Source: Mobula hypostoma
Lineage: Eukaryota
Assembly (NCBI RefSeq): GCF_963921235.1
Contig: NC_086108.1
Coordinates: 64,482,001-64,546,000 of the forward strand
Length of the DNA: 64,000 nucleotides
Reading direction: 5' to 3'
The notes under the pieces were generated by a model, which had not been told where the DNA came from, made no database searches, and was given only the letters and a program-made list of their open reading frames with translations. Both the position numbers and the translations under genes were made by a program. Below are positions 1 to 12,921 of this stretch, piece after piece (position 1 is the stretch's first letter; each line of letters opens with the position of its first letter).

Positions 1-128
1 GATCTGGGGAGAAGGCAGGAGATTCGAGCTGTGAGGGAAAATGGATCAGCCATGAGGAAATGGTGGAGCAGACTCGATGGGCCAAATTTTAGAATTTGTT
101 CCTATATCTTATGGTCTTATAGTCTATA
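1..128 (+). mobile_element. CR1 LINE 3' end
   Basis: Matches the 3' UTR and TTATGGTC-type tail of the CR1 copies ending at ~11755 and ~44999. Confidence 0.75.
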
Positions 129-130
129 TA

Positions 131-265
131 ACCATGTGTTACAACAATGGTGTGTGAAAGAGCATGTCTGTATGTATAACACACTGAACCTTGAAGTGAA
201 TGGGCAACAGCAGCAGAAGACCACAAACACACAGCCCATGGTCACTTTAATAGGTACAGGAGGTT
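131..265 (+). mobile_element. Tc1/mariner-derived fragment
   Basis: Stop-interrupted frame YNNGV*KSMSVCITH*TLK*MGNSSRRP resembles the Tc1 transposase HTH region. Confidence 0.5.
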
Positions 266-299
266 CTACTTCTCACTTCTAGAATTCATTTGTGATGAT

Positions 300-430
300 G
301 AAGGAAACAGGACAACACAAAGAAAATCCAAGCAGTCTCATGCAAACTCCACACAAATATCACCAAAGGTTGGAACTGAACTGAGCCTCTGGAGGGGTGA
401 GTCATCTCCACCAACTACAACACCATTGCA
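300..430 (-). mobile_element. Decayed tRNA-derived SINE fragment
   Basis: GGAAAC...CAAACTCCACAC...ACTGAAC pattern similar to the SINE at 24330-24875. Confidence 0.4.
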
Positions 431-559
431 CTCACAAATTGTCACTCAAGTCAGGGGGTCAAGATTAATTCAGGCAGGTTTGTTATCATTCTGATTTGAA
501 CCCAGTGATGGCATTTTTGTGAACAAGAGAAGTTAAATAAACTGTGTTCTGACTTTCAA

Positions 560-875
560 GGTATAAGAGGAGATGTCATTGAAATGCCCCACAATTTTAC
601 GGAGTTCACAGCCTCAAATTAGAGGCTAACCATTCAGGACAGGCTAAATAAGCTAAACCTTTCTCGCCCAATTCTCTGCCTAAAAAAGCTGGTGAAATTA
701 TTGAAGATATTCAAGACCAAAATTGATAGATTTTTAATATTAAGTGAATCAGGTGGCATGGAATTAGTTCAGGATAGTGGCACGAGGGTAAGATATCATC
801 CATAATTTTACTGAATGATGGAGCAGGCACAAGGGGCGCGTAATCTACTCCTGCTTCTGTTTCTTATGTTCTTAT
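560..875 (+). mobile_element. Decayed CR1 LINE 3' fragment
   Basis: Similar to CR1 ORF2 end and 3' UTR; ends CCTGCTTCTGTTTCTTATGTTCTTAT. Confidence 0.65.
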
Positions 876-3800
876 AATTTCCTCTCTGACTCGATAATTG
901 CCTCATGCTGTTAGAACCTTACAAATTCCCTCAGCACTGTTACCCAATCCCCACTCTGTCCACATTCTGAGCCCACTCCACTCTGACAGTAACTATCATA
1001 TTCAGTTGCTTTGACATTCCTTCTTCATGGCTAACCAGTCTCCAAATTAACTAGTTATCAAATTTATCTGAGGGTCTCTCGTCAAGTTCAGCAGGGTCCT
1101 TTTGATTCTTTTACTCCCTGCTCTTTGACCTCCTATTCGTTAATATGGGGTTCAAGGCAATGACTTGGGTAATGTCCAACTGCAATATTTTACTTTCAAT
1201 TGCACATTCTAGGCTGTAAAATGTACAGAAACATTTTGCGAATGCTTTATAATACAAACTAAACTAAGCGCACAACAGCAACTGCACTGTATTATTCTTC
1301 AGTGATAAGTTGACAACAATAAATTGGCTGAAGTACTTGGCCTTCAATTTCATCAGCTTGTTTGAGTATGGCGTATAGTCATCTCTTTTTGTTTAATCCA
1401 GTGATGTGAATCTATGAATGATAAGTGCCTTTTTGCTATCGATTTTCCTTTTATTCCTTTCAAAAATTCTTAGTGACTAATGATCCATCATTTTTGTGTT
1501 CAAATGGAAAACAAACTCAAATCCTAATGAACAAAGATCAGGAAGATAAAAAAACATTATTTATTGTTGTAGTTATATTCATAAGCATTTCTATCTATAC
1601 TCTACGGAAAACTTCTGTACACAGAATAGTTCTATAGAAGAAAGCATTAACCTCTTGGAGTTGAAAGCAGGATGGAACCTTTTTGTTTGAAGTGTTTCAA
1701 TCTTTACAAGATGCTGTCTGACAACAAGCATAGTGTGCTTAACAATTGTTTTCTGCAAGACTTTCAAGCCAGTTATGTGTGTCATACATTAGTAAGACTT
1801 CAAATGTCTTCCAAATTATGTGACGAACTGTTCTGTTTCATTCCAAAATAGGATATAACAGATTGTATCATTTCACCATAGTTCTGCTACTTGCCAGACA
1901 TGAATCAATTTGCTTGTCAGAGATTTTGACTAAGTTTTATTTCCCCTGCAAATTAATTATCATCCAATGGTCCAAACAGCGTATTTGGTGTAATGTGGCA
2001 ATATGACTTATTAGCAGTTGAATTAGTTTGATACTTAAAAATCCTGACGACTCAATGTCTGTATAGAAGCTAAATCCTCAGTATTTCACATATGACAGAA
2101 GTGAATTACAGGAACAGGTAAATGCAAAATAGGTCATTGTTGGCCAGAGTAATGCCACTATGACACTTCCTGTTATTGATTTTAATAATGACATAGAACT
2201 GAAATCTATTTTATTTCTTTACTTCGTAGTACTGATCCAGAACCATCGAATAAATGCTAGGTTCTTTTGCATAACTCACACTCTGTGTCCTTTCCTTCTA
2301 AATTCATAAGATGAACAAATCATTTCCAGGCACAGATGGTAAAGGTTGAAAGTGTAAGATAATCTGGTTTATAAAATAAAGTTTCAACAGATGTTTCAAC
2401 TCTAAAATTATAGAAAGTTTGAGAGTCAATGATAGAAAGTTTAGATGACCAAATGACCAATCGTATTGGTCATTTTAAAAACAAGCCAGATGCTTTAGCA
2501 GTAACCTGTTCATCATGATTTAACCCAATGAGATGCATTTATAAATAGATTTGTCACTAAATTTATTTTGTTCTGCATAACTTCAGTTCAGCTGTTGGTT
2601 ATATATTCAGGCAAAGATCAAACTGGTTTTAAAATTTGTTCTTTCACACTTCATTAATTATTGATGTTTGGCACTTGTGTGATTTTGAGCTGCAGTTCTG
2701 GGAACTGGTGTGCTGTGGAGTAAATGCTGCACTGTTCCTGTGCAAAATCCCAGTCCAGACTGGTACTTTACTAATTAGAGAGCAGTCATGTGCTCATTCT
2801 GCTCCTTGATGCAGTCTGCTGATGCTATTGGCTACGGGGCTTCCTGCAAATGAGAAACTCGATTACAATGATACTTTTAAGCAAGTGAACTTGCCACTTC
2901 AGTCCTGTGTCATCATTTCACTACAGCTGAAAGTGCTTGGTAGAAAGACAATGGATTCTCTGTATGTCAATTTCCCATCCTCCGTACTTCTATACAGAGA
3001 ATGGGGATTATTTTTCTTTATACACCTCCTTGCTTGAACGGATGATTTATGCTGAAGGACAGATCCACAGGTGCCAACAACCATCCAAAATCTCCCAAGT
3101 AGACATTATTCATGGATGAGCCTGGACACAAATGTTATTACATTAGGCAGAAATCACAGCTGAGCCTTGTTTCATTCCTTACCCAATGTCCACATGTGCA
3201 CAGTCCAGTAGGGATTACCAGATAGCAGTAAAAGATGGAAGCTGTAGCTCATTTTGTTTTGTTTCCCGTCCCAGGAGCATGGAAGCCAATTGTACTGCCT
3301 GTTATGCTGCCCTGGCTGAGAGCAGCTAATTCAGCTAATTTGGAAGACTGGGGATTGAATTCAAGACCGTTCAGTATGGTTCAACAACATACTGGAAGGT
3401 TTACATACCCATTGAGCAGCTGTAAGGAAAGAGGGTTAATTACTCCTGGCTGCCAAGCAATGTTAACACTCAGAATTTCTCCAGCTACCATGTTGGCAAT
3501 GTGACCTAGGGAAGGGAGATAATAACTAATAAATATATGGGGTGGGGTTAAAAAAAGATAATAAATGAGTCATGTGAAACACAATTATGCTGACTATTAC
3601 TGGAACAATTATTGGGTCAAACTTTTCACAGTCTGTCAGCCACCCCAGAGTTTTTTTTTAATTGTTCATTGTTCAGGTTAGTAAACAATGTGTTTTTGGA
3701 TTGGCTGATGAGTCAAAATATAACTCAGCACAATTTCTTCCACAATAAAAATAGGGAAATCAACATAGGTAGCAAAATAGCTTTAACCTTTTCAGCTATG

Positions 3801-4604
3801 TAGTGTAAAATTTTGAAGTACCTTGATAGTGGTGAACAGATCAAACAGCTAAATTCAGAGAGAAAATATTTCAAAATTTGGAAACCAGGCAGACTGGTGA
3901 AACATTTTCTACTGGAAAAATATTTCATATGGTGTATGGTTTGAATCATAGAAGTAGGAGAACTGGGAGTCAATTATTGATGCTTTGCATAAGGAATGTT
4001 AACAAAAGTAAGATGACATGTTATTTTGGACTTCTTCTGACCCTGACTCCTCTTTTTGTTTGCTTGACCTGACAGGAAAACCACAAGCATATGGTTCTAG
4101 TTAAAACAGCAATCAAGCCCAATCTTGTCATTGGATTCCAATCCACAAAGTTAAACAAGGATCTTACTGGTTTCAAATGAGTCTCCTTGCTGTCTGTTTA
4201 GAAATGTGGGTTAGAATGGGAAGAAGTGGGAACTCAGGTGCTAAACTTTAATCTCTTATTGTGAACACCTTCCAACAGCATGCATTTTCCTTCCTTTCTT
4301 AAAATGTAACATGTTTCCCGGTTCGCTTTATGAAATATGAGGGAGAGAAAAACTGAACAAAAGTACGTTGTTGCAGAACAATATAGTCAAACCAGGCATA
4401 GTGATCACATAAAGTTTTGATTATGGTCTGCCATTTCTTTTAAAGTTTGTGAGTTTTTTAAATTAAAATGTGACAGCATTTCAAATGAATAAGTGAGAAT
4501 GTCTTCTTGGCAGTGGAGAACCAGGAGCATTTTAAGGCTCAGGCCTCATAAAAGGAGACCCAGAAATGACTTCAGTCACATCAAACTGCCTAACGCATCT
4601 TGAG

Positions 4605-4840
4605 TAACTCACACAAAATGATGGAGGAACTCAACAGGTCAGGCAGCATTTTTGGAGAGGAATAAAGAGTTGCTGTTTCAGGATAAAACCCTTCATCAAC
4701 ACTGGAAAGGAAAGGGGAAGAAGCCAGAATAAAAGGATGAGAGAGGGGATAGAGTACAAGCAAGAAGGTGATAGGTGGAGCTAAGTGAGGGGGAGTGTAG
4801 GTGGGTAGGGGAGGGATGATGAAGTGAGAAGCTAAGAGTC
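4605..4840 (-). mobile_element. Penelope-like terminal repeat fragment with degenerate hammerhead motif
   Basis: CACACAAAATGATGGAGGAACTCAACAGGTCAGGCAGCAT... homologous to the end of the Penelope at 37771. Confidence 0.75.
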
Positions 4841-6692
4841 TTGATAGATTCAATATGCCACAGTATTGGGCATCAAGGTAAAGACAAGAAAGTTGGTGGT
4901 AGAGGTTGGAGATTGTTTGGTTAGGTAAATAAGTTTGCGTTTAAGATCATGGTTGGCAGGAACCCAGGACATTTTCTTTTAAATCAAAACTCTGTTTTCT
5001 TGGGTGCCTTTGCACTTATGGGAAGTCTGCAGCTCTATCATTATGAAGTAGGTCAGTACATGTGTGGTATGCATTCCATTAATGTCCAGTCAAAGTGAGA
5101 AATGAGCTTTTAAACACATGGTGATCTAATTTAACACATTAATATGGGCCTGAAACGTGTCAGCACTTTTCCCTCCCAATAATGGAACCCTATAAAAAGA
5201 ACTGTTGCTGCAATGGTGGCCGCACAACGTATCACCAACTCTGTTGATTGCCGAAGATCTGGCTGAGTCAAAGTCAACTCCATTTTATGAGTATTCATCT
5301 TATTATTTCACCTTATGGTTAATAGTTCATTGAGCCCTTTAGTTGGTAGCTGGACCAAAGTTCAATAAATTAATTTTCAATAGGCTTTTGCAGTGAGGCA
5401 ATTTTAATACTATAAATTTAAGCTATCCTTAAAGAACTGCCACTATCATTCAGGCTCTTTCTGCATGAGTATTCAATGATATGTTGATTGCCAGAGATTA
5501 ATGACAGCAGGCTCTTTAATGAATCTGATTATATGCATTTTCAGTTTTATTAATGTTCTGAACTATTGAATTGTTTTATAGGATTTTTATTTTTAATGGC
5601 ACTTCTCAGTCTACAGATCACGATCTTAAATAGTAATAAATAGAACTTATTCTGAGCATTTTTTATTTATAATAAAAGAGTATCTTCTATATCTGTGAGA
5701 AATAGATTCCACACACACAACAAATATTCCCTATTTTCCAGGGAAGAATGGAAATATCTCTTATTCATTTTTCTTTGAAAATAAAGCATTTCAGAGACTT
5801 GTCAAACCTTCAATCTTCTCTAAAAGATTCAGCAAAGCATACAGAATATTTGACCTTATCATTTAATAGAAATGAGTAAGAATGAAAATACTAAGTTTTT
5901 TTTTAAACAGTAAAGGGTATGGTTTCTAAATAAAACTTGATCAGTTTTTTAGGGCAGGTGCATTTAGATTTTAGTTGAAAGCTCACTAACAAAGATTGAC
6001 TTGGGTTATTATAATTCCCAGCTTTCATTATTATCTCACCAGTAGTTTTCTCAACCCATATCAGTGACCCAACTGGAAGCCAGTTACATCTGGGATGCAA
6101 TTTCTCTGCAGATTGACTAAAGGCGTATTTAATAGAAGCAGCTTCTTGGAATGAATTTTCATTCCCTTACATCATCTCTCATTTCCACAGTGCCGCGAGA
6201 AGAACCTTTTCAGATGTGATAAGAAGGCAGATGCCAAGGTGAATTGAAGCTTTGAAACAGGTGCATCTGAAGAGAATTGCACTATTCTTCCAGGGTTCCT
6301 TCAAAACAGTCAGCGTCAATTTTGCTTGAGGGCCTTGGGGAGGATGTTCAATATATACCTGTCTTTCCTTGCTGGAAAATATTGTGTCAACCATAGAAAA
6401 TCAGAGATGGGAGGTGCACTGACCTCTCATAAGCCATCTGACAGATATATGGTAAATTACCACACACCTAAAAGAAGACTGCTAAAATATGCAAATCGGA
6501 CTTTATACTAGTTGTATGGTTTCCATTTTTGGATTCATATAAGCAAAGTTTGGGCCATGCACTTTCTATTGATTTATATAATTGTAAAGGAGTCTAATTT
6601 TGTAACAAATAATGACTTCTACAGTGAAAAAAGCAGATATGGCAGAAAAGGGGCATGTAATTCAACAGAGAAAATGACAATAAAATGATCTA

Positions 6693-9037
6693 CAGTGCCG
6701 TGTGAAAGTATTAAGCCCCAAACCCTTTGTTCACATAAATAACTGTTAAACCAGGGATTTTCATCAATTTAACTGAGAACTTTTATTTGTAAATCACATC
6801 CTCCTTCTTTCACAGTGCAGACCATGAAAAGGCATGAAAAACAAAATATTCAGAAACTGAAATGTAAACAATTCAAAAGTATTAATCCCTCTTTGCTCAG
6901 CACTTAGTTGAACCACCTCTCTCAAGTATTACAGTCAGTAGTCTTTTTGGATTAGTCTCTATTACTTTTCCACAATGTGATGGAGCAAGATTTGCCCATT
7001 CTTCCCAGTTGACTTCAGAAGGAGTTAGCAGACCACATGACCCAATTTACATCGGTGACGCACAAGTGGAACAGGTCAAAAGTTTTAAGTTCCTCGGGGT
7101 CAATATCACGAATGACCTGACTTGGACCAACCACGCAGAGTCCACTGCCAAGAAGGCCCACCAGCGCCTTTACTTCCTGAGAAAACTAAAGAAGTTCAGC
7201 CTGTCCCCAAAAACCCTCACTAATTTTTATAGATGCACCGTAGAAAGCATTCTTCTAGGGTGCATCACAACCTGGTATGGAAGTTGTTCTGTCCAAGACC
7301 GGAAGAAGCTGCAGAACATCATGAACACGGTGCAGCACATCACACAAACCAATCTTCCGTCCTTGGACTCACTTTACACTGCACGCTGTCAGAGCAATGC
7401 TGCCTGGATAATCAAGGAAACGACCCACCCAGCCAACACACTTTTTGTCCCTCTTCCCTCCGGGAGAAGGCTCAGGAGCTTGAAGACTCGTATGACCAGA
7501 TTTGGGAACAGCTTCTTTCCAACTGTGATAAGACTGCTGAACGGATCCTGACCCGGATCTGGGCCATACCCTCCAAATATCCGGACCTGCCTCTCGGTTT
7601 TTTGCACTACCTTACTTTCCATTTTCTATTTTCTATTTATGATTTATAATTTAAATTTTTAATGTTTACTATCGATTTGTACTCCATGGAGCAGGAAGCA
7701 CAGAATCAAATATCACTTTGATAATTGTACATTCTATTATCAATTGTTTGGTGACAATAAAGTATAAAGTATAAAAATTGCTCAAGCTATGCGAGGTTAG
7801 TTGGGGAGTGGCGGGGAACAGCAATATTGAGGTCTTGCCAAAGATATTCAATCAGGCTAAGTTCAGGACTCTGACTGGGCCACTCAAGCACAATTTTCTT
7901 TATTTGAAGCCACTCCATGGTTGCTCTGGCAGTGCGCTTTGTGTCATTATCCAGCTGAAAGGCGAACGTCCTCCCCAGTTTAAGCTTTCTGCCAGAGGCC
8001 AGCAGGTTTTTATCCATGATCTCTATGTATTTAGTAGCATTCCTCTTCCCATCAACCAATACCAGATTTCCAGTCCCTGCTGCAGAAAAGCATCCCCATA
8101 GCATAATGCTACCTCAACCATAATTTACAGTAGGAATGGTGCAGCTAATGTGCAGTATTAAATGTATAACACACGTATCGCTTAGAATTGAGGCCGAAAG
8201 GTTCCACTCTAGACTCACCCAACTACAAGACCTGCCTCCACACCTTCACAGTATGTTCTAAATGATGCTTGGCGAAGTCTTGAATGGGAAAGATATGCTT
8301 TTTTTTAGCCAGGGCTTCTTCCTTGCCACTCTTACATAAACACCTTTTTTGTGTAAGGACTTAGAGATGTGCAGCCATGAACATCATCTCCAGTTACAGC
8401 CACTGACGTCAGCAGTTCACTCAGAGTGACTGTTGAAATCACAGTACCCTCTCTTACATTCTTCTCTGGTGACTAACTGCAGAGAGACTGCTTGATCTAG
8501 GCAGTATGGCTGTGGTTTTATATTTTTTTCCACTTTTTCATGATGGAGTGCACTAAGCTCCAAGCTATGTTCGGTGCCTTTGAGATGGTCTTGTATCCAT
8601 CTCTAGATTAGTGCTTCTCTATTATCACTTCCTTGACTTGCTTTGAATGCTTATTTGACTTCACTTTGGTTTGGTCTGTTGAAAATCTACCATACTGTTG
8701 TATCTTACAGGGGGTGGGACAATATTTGTTCCCACAAATTCATTGAAAACAGGTGATCCTCCAATTTTCTACATCAACAAATTGGGTAGGTAGGCAAGGT
8801 AGGAAAGTTAGTAGAGTAATTACAAAGAAAATGGTTACTTTTTCAGTCTCACAGTTTTGGTTTTCTATTTTTAGTTAGTTGTTGACTGGTTCTGGAATTT
8901 TTCTTTTGATTTGACATGATACACAATGTTTTGTAGATTAGCTCAAAAAATCCTACTTCAATATATTTTAAACTTGGAAATTGAGACAGTAAAATGTGAA
9001 AATAGTTGTGGGGGCTGAATACTTTCTCAAGGCACTG
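6693..9037 (-). mobile_element. Full-span, decayed Tc1-family DNA transposon (IR/DR type) interrupted by a Rex1 fragment
   Basis: TIRs CAGTGCCGTGTGAAAGTATTAAGCCCC (6693) and GGGGCTGAATACTTTCTCAAGGCACTG (to 9037), TA on both sides, inner repeat AAAGTATTAATCCC 6876; ORF 7787-8104 has MLWGCF, FQLDND and WPSQSPELSLIE transposase motifs. Confidence 0.92.
7007..7773 (+). mobile_element. 5'-truncated Rex1/Babar LINE (RT C-terminus and 3' UTR)
   Basis: ORF 7009-7551 with FKFLGVNI, LTWT, QRLYFLRKL, FYRCTVESIL; tail AATAAAGTATAAAGTATAAA. Confidence 0.88.
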
Positions 9038-10509
9038 TACTTGCAAAGCTGATGAAAGTCAGATCAGATTTCTGAATTCCATCCTCCCAGCATTAATACA
9101 GATTCTTATCTTGAAATAGGGTGTGCGTGGCCAATTTCAGATTGTTAACTGCACATGTGCAGTACATAAGGCTTAGAAAGTAGAGGAAATTTAACTTGAC
9201 AATCTGATTCACAGTGTTTTAATCAGCAATGTGAGATAGAGCTTCTCATTTCTCAGGTAGGTTCAGCTTTTGTTTTGCATTCTCCTGTGCCCTTCTCTCC
9301 CCATGGGAAATGCATGCTACAGTAAAAGGACAGTCTGGGTGTTGCTTGCTCTCTAGTCGCTCTCAGTGATGTTCTACATTCAGCCAAGGAGAAGGGCACG
9401 TGAAGCTCAGAAGGTGAGCTGACTGCATTCATTAGTTTCCTGATCATCAGATGGAGCAAGGTGGCATGGCATGGCGCTCCACCTAGCCGTCAGGCTGAGA
9501 AGTTGCTGTTGAGTAGCTGCAGACAAACTTGAATGACAGCCAGCCCTAATGCTCAGACCATTTGACATATGGTTGAGGAGGTAAACACAGCGCCATACCT
9601 GTCCTACAGAGTTGCTTCTGTACATTTTGTCTTGCTATTCAGAACAATTAATTTTCTTGTCTCGGTTGAAACTTCAGCTGCTGTATAGGTTGGAACACTG
9701 CAGTGATCTTCCTCCTGCAGATGGAGACAATCTCTAACTATAACCAAATCATCCAAGATTTTCTACACCTTTGTATTTCCCAGATTTGTATAATGCAATC
9801 CAAATCAGGAACTTATCACTTCCATGCCATTTCAAGAATTTAAGATCAATGCAACTGTGATTTCTGCTGGTTACTGACTGCAAGATCAGTAGAGTACCTC
9901 AGTTTTATACTGCTTTGGCCTTTTCCATGATCTTCCTATTGAATTTCCTATAGAATTCATTAACACTTACACAAATGGAGACCAGTGCTTTCAGATTTAC
10001 AGCTTTGCAGTGCGCAAGAGAAATGCAATGCATTCTGTATAGCAGGCTAGTAGCCACAATCCATTGAAACTCATGGAAATGAGGGCATTTTAGGCCAGGA
10101 GAGTATAGAAATTTGAGGCAAGATTTTACACCCGCCTCCATCCCAATGCAATGGAATTGGTTCACAAAAAGGGTTAAAACGTTGATAATGTGTGATCCAT
10201 CTTCTTCTTTCTGCACTCACACCCCACACCACTTTTAACAGGTGAATTTTGCACAGCTTCATGCAGTCTCACTGAAAGAAGCTGAGAAAATTATTAAAAT
10301 GTGAAATCACATGGTGAAGGCACTCAATCTTATTTTAATCCTGCTACTCCCGGAGAGGTTGGTATGAGAATGATGCAGGACATGTGAAGTTCCAGGTAAG
10401 TAAAAAGACCATTCAAATATAAGTTTGTCTTTTTCTTTATGTCTCAAGCAAAAATACTAAAATCAATCTCTTTATGAGGTATTTTATTCTCAAGCTATAC
10501 TTTTACTTT

Positions 10510-10597
10510 TTTTTATACTTTCATACTTTATTGTCGCCAAACAATTGATACTAGAGTGTACAATCATCACAGCGATATTTGATTTTGCGCTTCGCGA
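10510..10597 (-). mobile_element. Rex1/Babar 3' tail only
   Basis: Reverse complement of 7695-7777. Confidence 0.8.
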
Positions 10598-11029
10598 TTA
10601 CATTGAAAGAGTTAAAGCATTTTGTCATCCCCTTCAGTACTCTGAATTGTTTTCTGAGTTCCCAGTATTAGCTACTTTGGAATTTCCCTGCAAGACTCAA
10701 GCCTTCATATCGTTAAAGTAAAAGCAAACCTGGAAAATTCCAATGGGACCCAAGAGTTCAAGGTGAATTACAACAGGCCAATTACCTAGCTGGCTTGGGA
10801 ATGAATCCCAGAATTTGAAGTGGGACTGGGAAGGAGATTTTATACCAACAGCTTTGCTTCATTCCAGCTCCAATCCACACTATGAAGCTTTATGCTCTCC
10901 TATCATACTGAAGATGGGAATGCCTGACTGTGTGGCTCTCCCAAGTAAAAACTTCTAAGTTCCACGAATGGGATTCCTAAAGAGTATTTTTTTCATTGCC
11001 ATTATCAATGGTCACAGAAAAGTACAAAG

Positions 11030-12242
11030 GTAAGAGGGTTTAACTATGTTTGCAGCTATATAAAACCTTGGTTAGACCATACTTGGAACATAGTGTGTAA
11101 TTGTGGTCGCCACATTATGGGGAGGATGTTGAGGATGTTAGCATTCATTTTGAGAAGATTTGAATATAAAAGCAAGGATGTAATTCTGAAGCTTTATAAG
11201 GCATTGATCAGATCCCACTTGGAGTATTGTGAGCAGTTTTGAGCCCCTTATTTAAGAAAGGATATACTGGGATTGGAGAGGGTTCAGAGGAGGTTCACAA
11301 GAATGATCAGAGGAATGAAAGCGTTAACATGTGAGGAGTGTTTGATAACTCTGGGATTGTACTCGATGGAGTTTAGAAGAATGAGGGGTGAATTTCATAG
11401 GGGGTCTGTAAAATATTGAAAGGCCTGAATAGAGTGGATGTAGAGAGGATGTTTCCCATAGTGAAGTAGTCTAGTACCAATGCACACAGCCTCAGAATAG
11501 AAAGGCGTCCCTTTTAGAACAGAGATGGAGAGGAATTTCTATAGAACTCATTGCTACAGACAGCTGTGGAGGCCAAGTCTTCTGGTCCATTTAAATTGCA
11601 AGTTGATGGACTCTTGATTAATGAAGACAGCAAAGGTTATGGAGAGAAGGCAGGAGATTGGGGTTGAGAAGGACAATAAATCAGCCATGATAGAATAGCA
11701 GAGCAGAATTAGTGGGTTGAGTGGCTTAATTCTGTTCCTATGCCTTATGGTCATACGGTTTTGAAGATGCTTACAATGAGGCTGCCTGGATTAGAGGGTT
11801 TGAGAGGTTGGACAAGCTCGGCACATTTTCTCTGGAGCATTGGGGGCTGAAGGGAGACCTGACAGAAATTCATAAGATTATGAGAGACATGGATAGAGTA
11901 GATGATCAGAATCATTTCTTTAGAGTAGAAATGTCAAGCAGTAGAGGTGACAGTGAAATTTAAAGTGAGGGAGGGCACATTTAAAGAGATGTGCTGTTTT
12001 AAAAGTTTAAAAGGGCAAGTTTTATTATACTGAGAGTGGTAGATACCCGAAACGGCCTGCTGTGAGGGAGCAGCTGAAGCAGATGTAATAGTTGCATTTA
12101 AGTGGATGTTAGATAGACAGCAGATGGATGGATATGGTCATGGACAGGCAGAAGAGAATTAAGTTAATTTGGTGTCATGTTCAGTACAGACATTGTGGAC
12201 CAAAGGCCTGTTCCTGTACTGTATTGTTCTATATTCTATGTA
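11030..12242 (+). mobile_element. Two nested CR1 3' fragments (inner copy ~11135-11760)
   Basis: The LYKxLVRPHLEY-coding segment occurs twice; inner copy ends TTATGGTCAT, outer resumes and ends TTCTATATTCTATG. Confidence 0.8.
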
Positions 12243-12267
12243 ATCTATGAGGAGAATACACCAGTTG

Positions 12268-12333
12268 CAAGGGTTCCCAACCTGGCATCCATGGACCCCT
12301 TGCTTAATGGTATTGGTCCATGGCATAAAAAGT
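12268..12333 (-). mobile_element. Small hAT-type MITE, partial
   Basis: Reverse-complement homologue of the element at 42464-42542. Confidence 0.65.
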
Positions 12334-12921
12334 AATAATCCTTCCCCAAAAAAATGCAGGATTCATCAATCCAGTCAAAGCCCACAGAGGTTTCATGTTG
12401 GAAAAGTGTACGTACCGAAGGATAAAATTGAGGATTTGTAGATACAACCTCTCTCCCCCCTCCCAGAAAACTCTGCCTGCAGCTGTGAAAGACAAGACTG
12501 TTTGCAATTTTTATGCCATTGAATAACCTCAGGCAGTGCTATCAGCCAAGTTACCATCATGGTTATTTTCATATAACTTCATCTCTGAAAACAGCAGGAG
12601 ACTTTAACCAGTTTGGCATCACGGGGAGGAATGAATAGCATCAACCCATCTAGCTTTATGGAGCCGCAAGGTTTCAAAACTAGAGAAAAAATAAATAATA
12701 CTTGCAGAGCTTCTGCAGTCAAGCCCTTTAAAACAGAATCAGGTATAATTTGCTCAAAAATCAGATTGCTAATCATTACTTAGAAACAATCTACAATAAC
12801 ATGGTATTTACAGGAAATGAATTTCTTTTATTGGTGCATCACAACCACACTCCCCCACCCCCCACCGAGTTCTTCAAGGACAAATAGATTTTGTTCAGCA
12901 AGGCATTACTTGTGCTTTTAA

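Noticed and set aside
2640..3400. Possible ancient SINE remnants or exons
   Set aside because: Could not assign a family or reading frame with any confidence.
9440..9475. SDGARW peptide resembling an alternative NFIA N-terminus
   Set aside because: Too short and weak; no supporting start or splice context.
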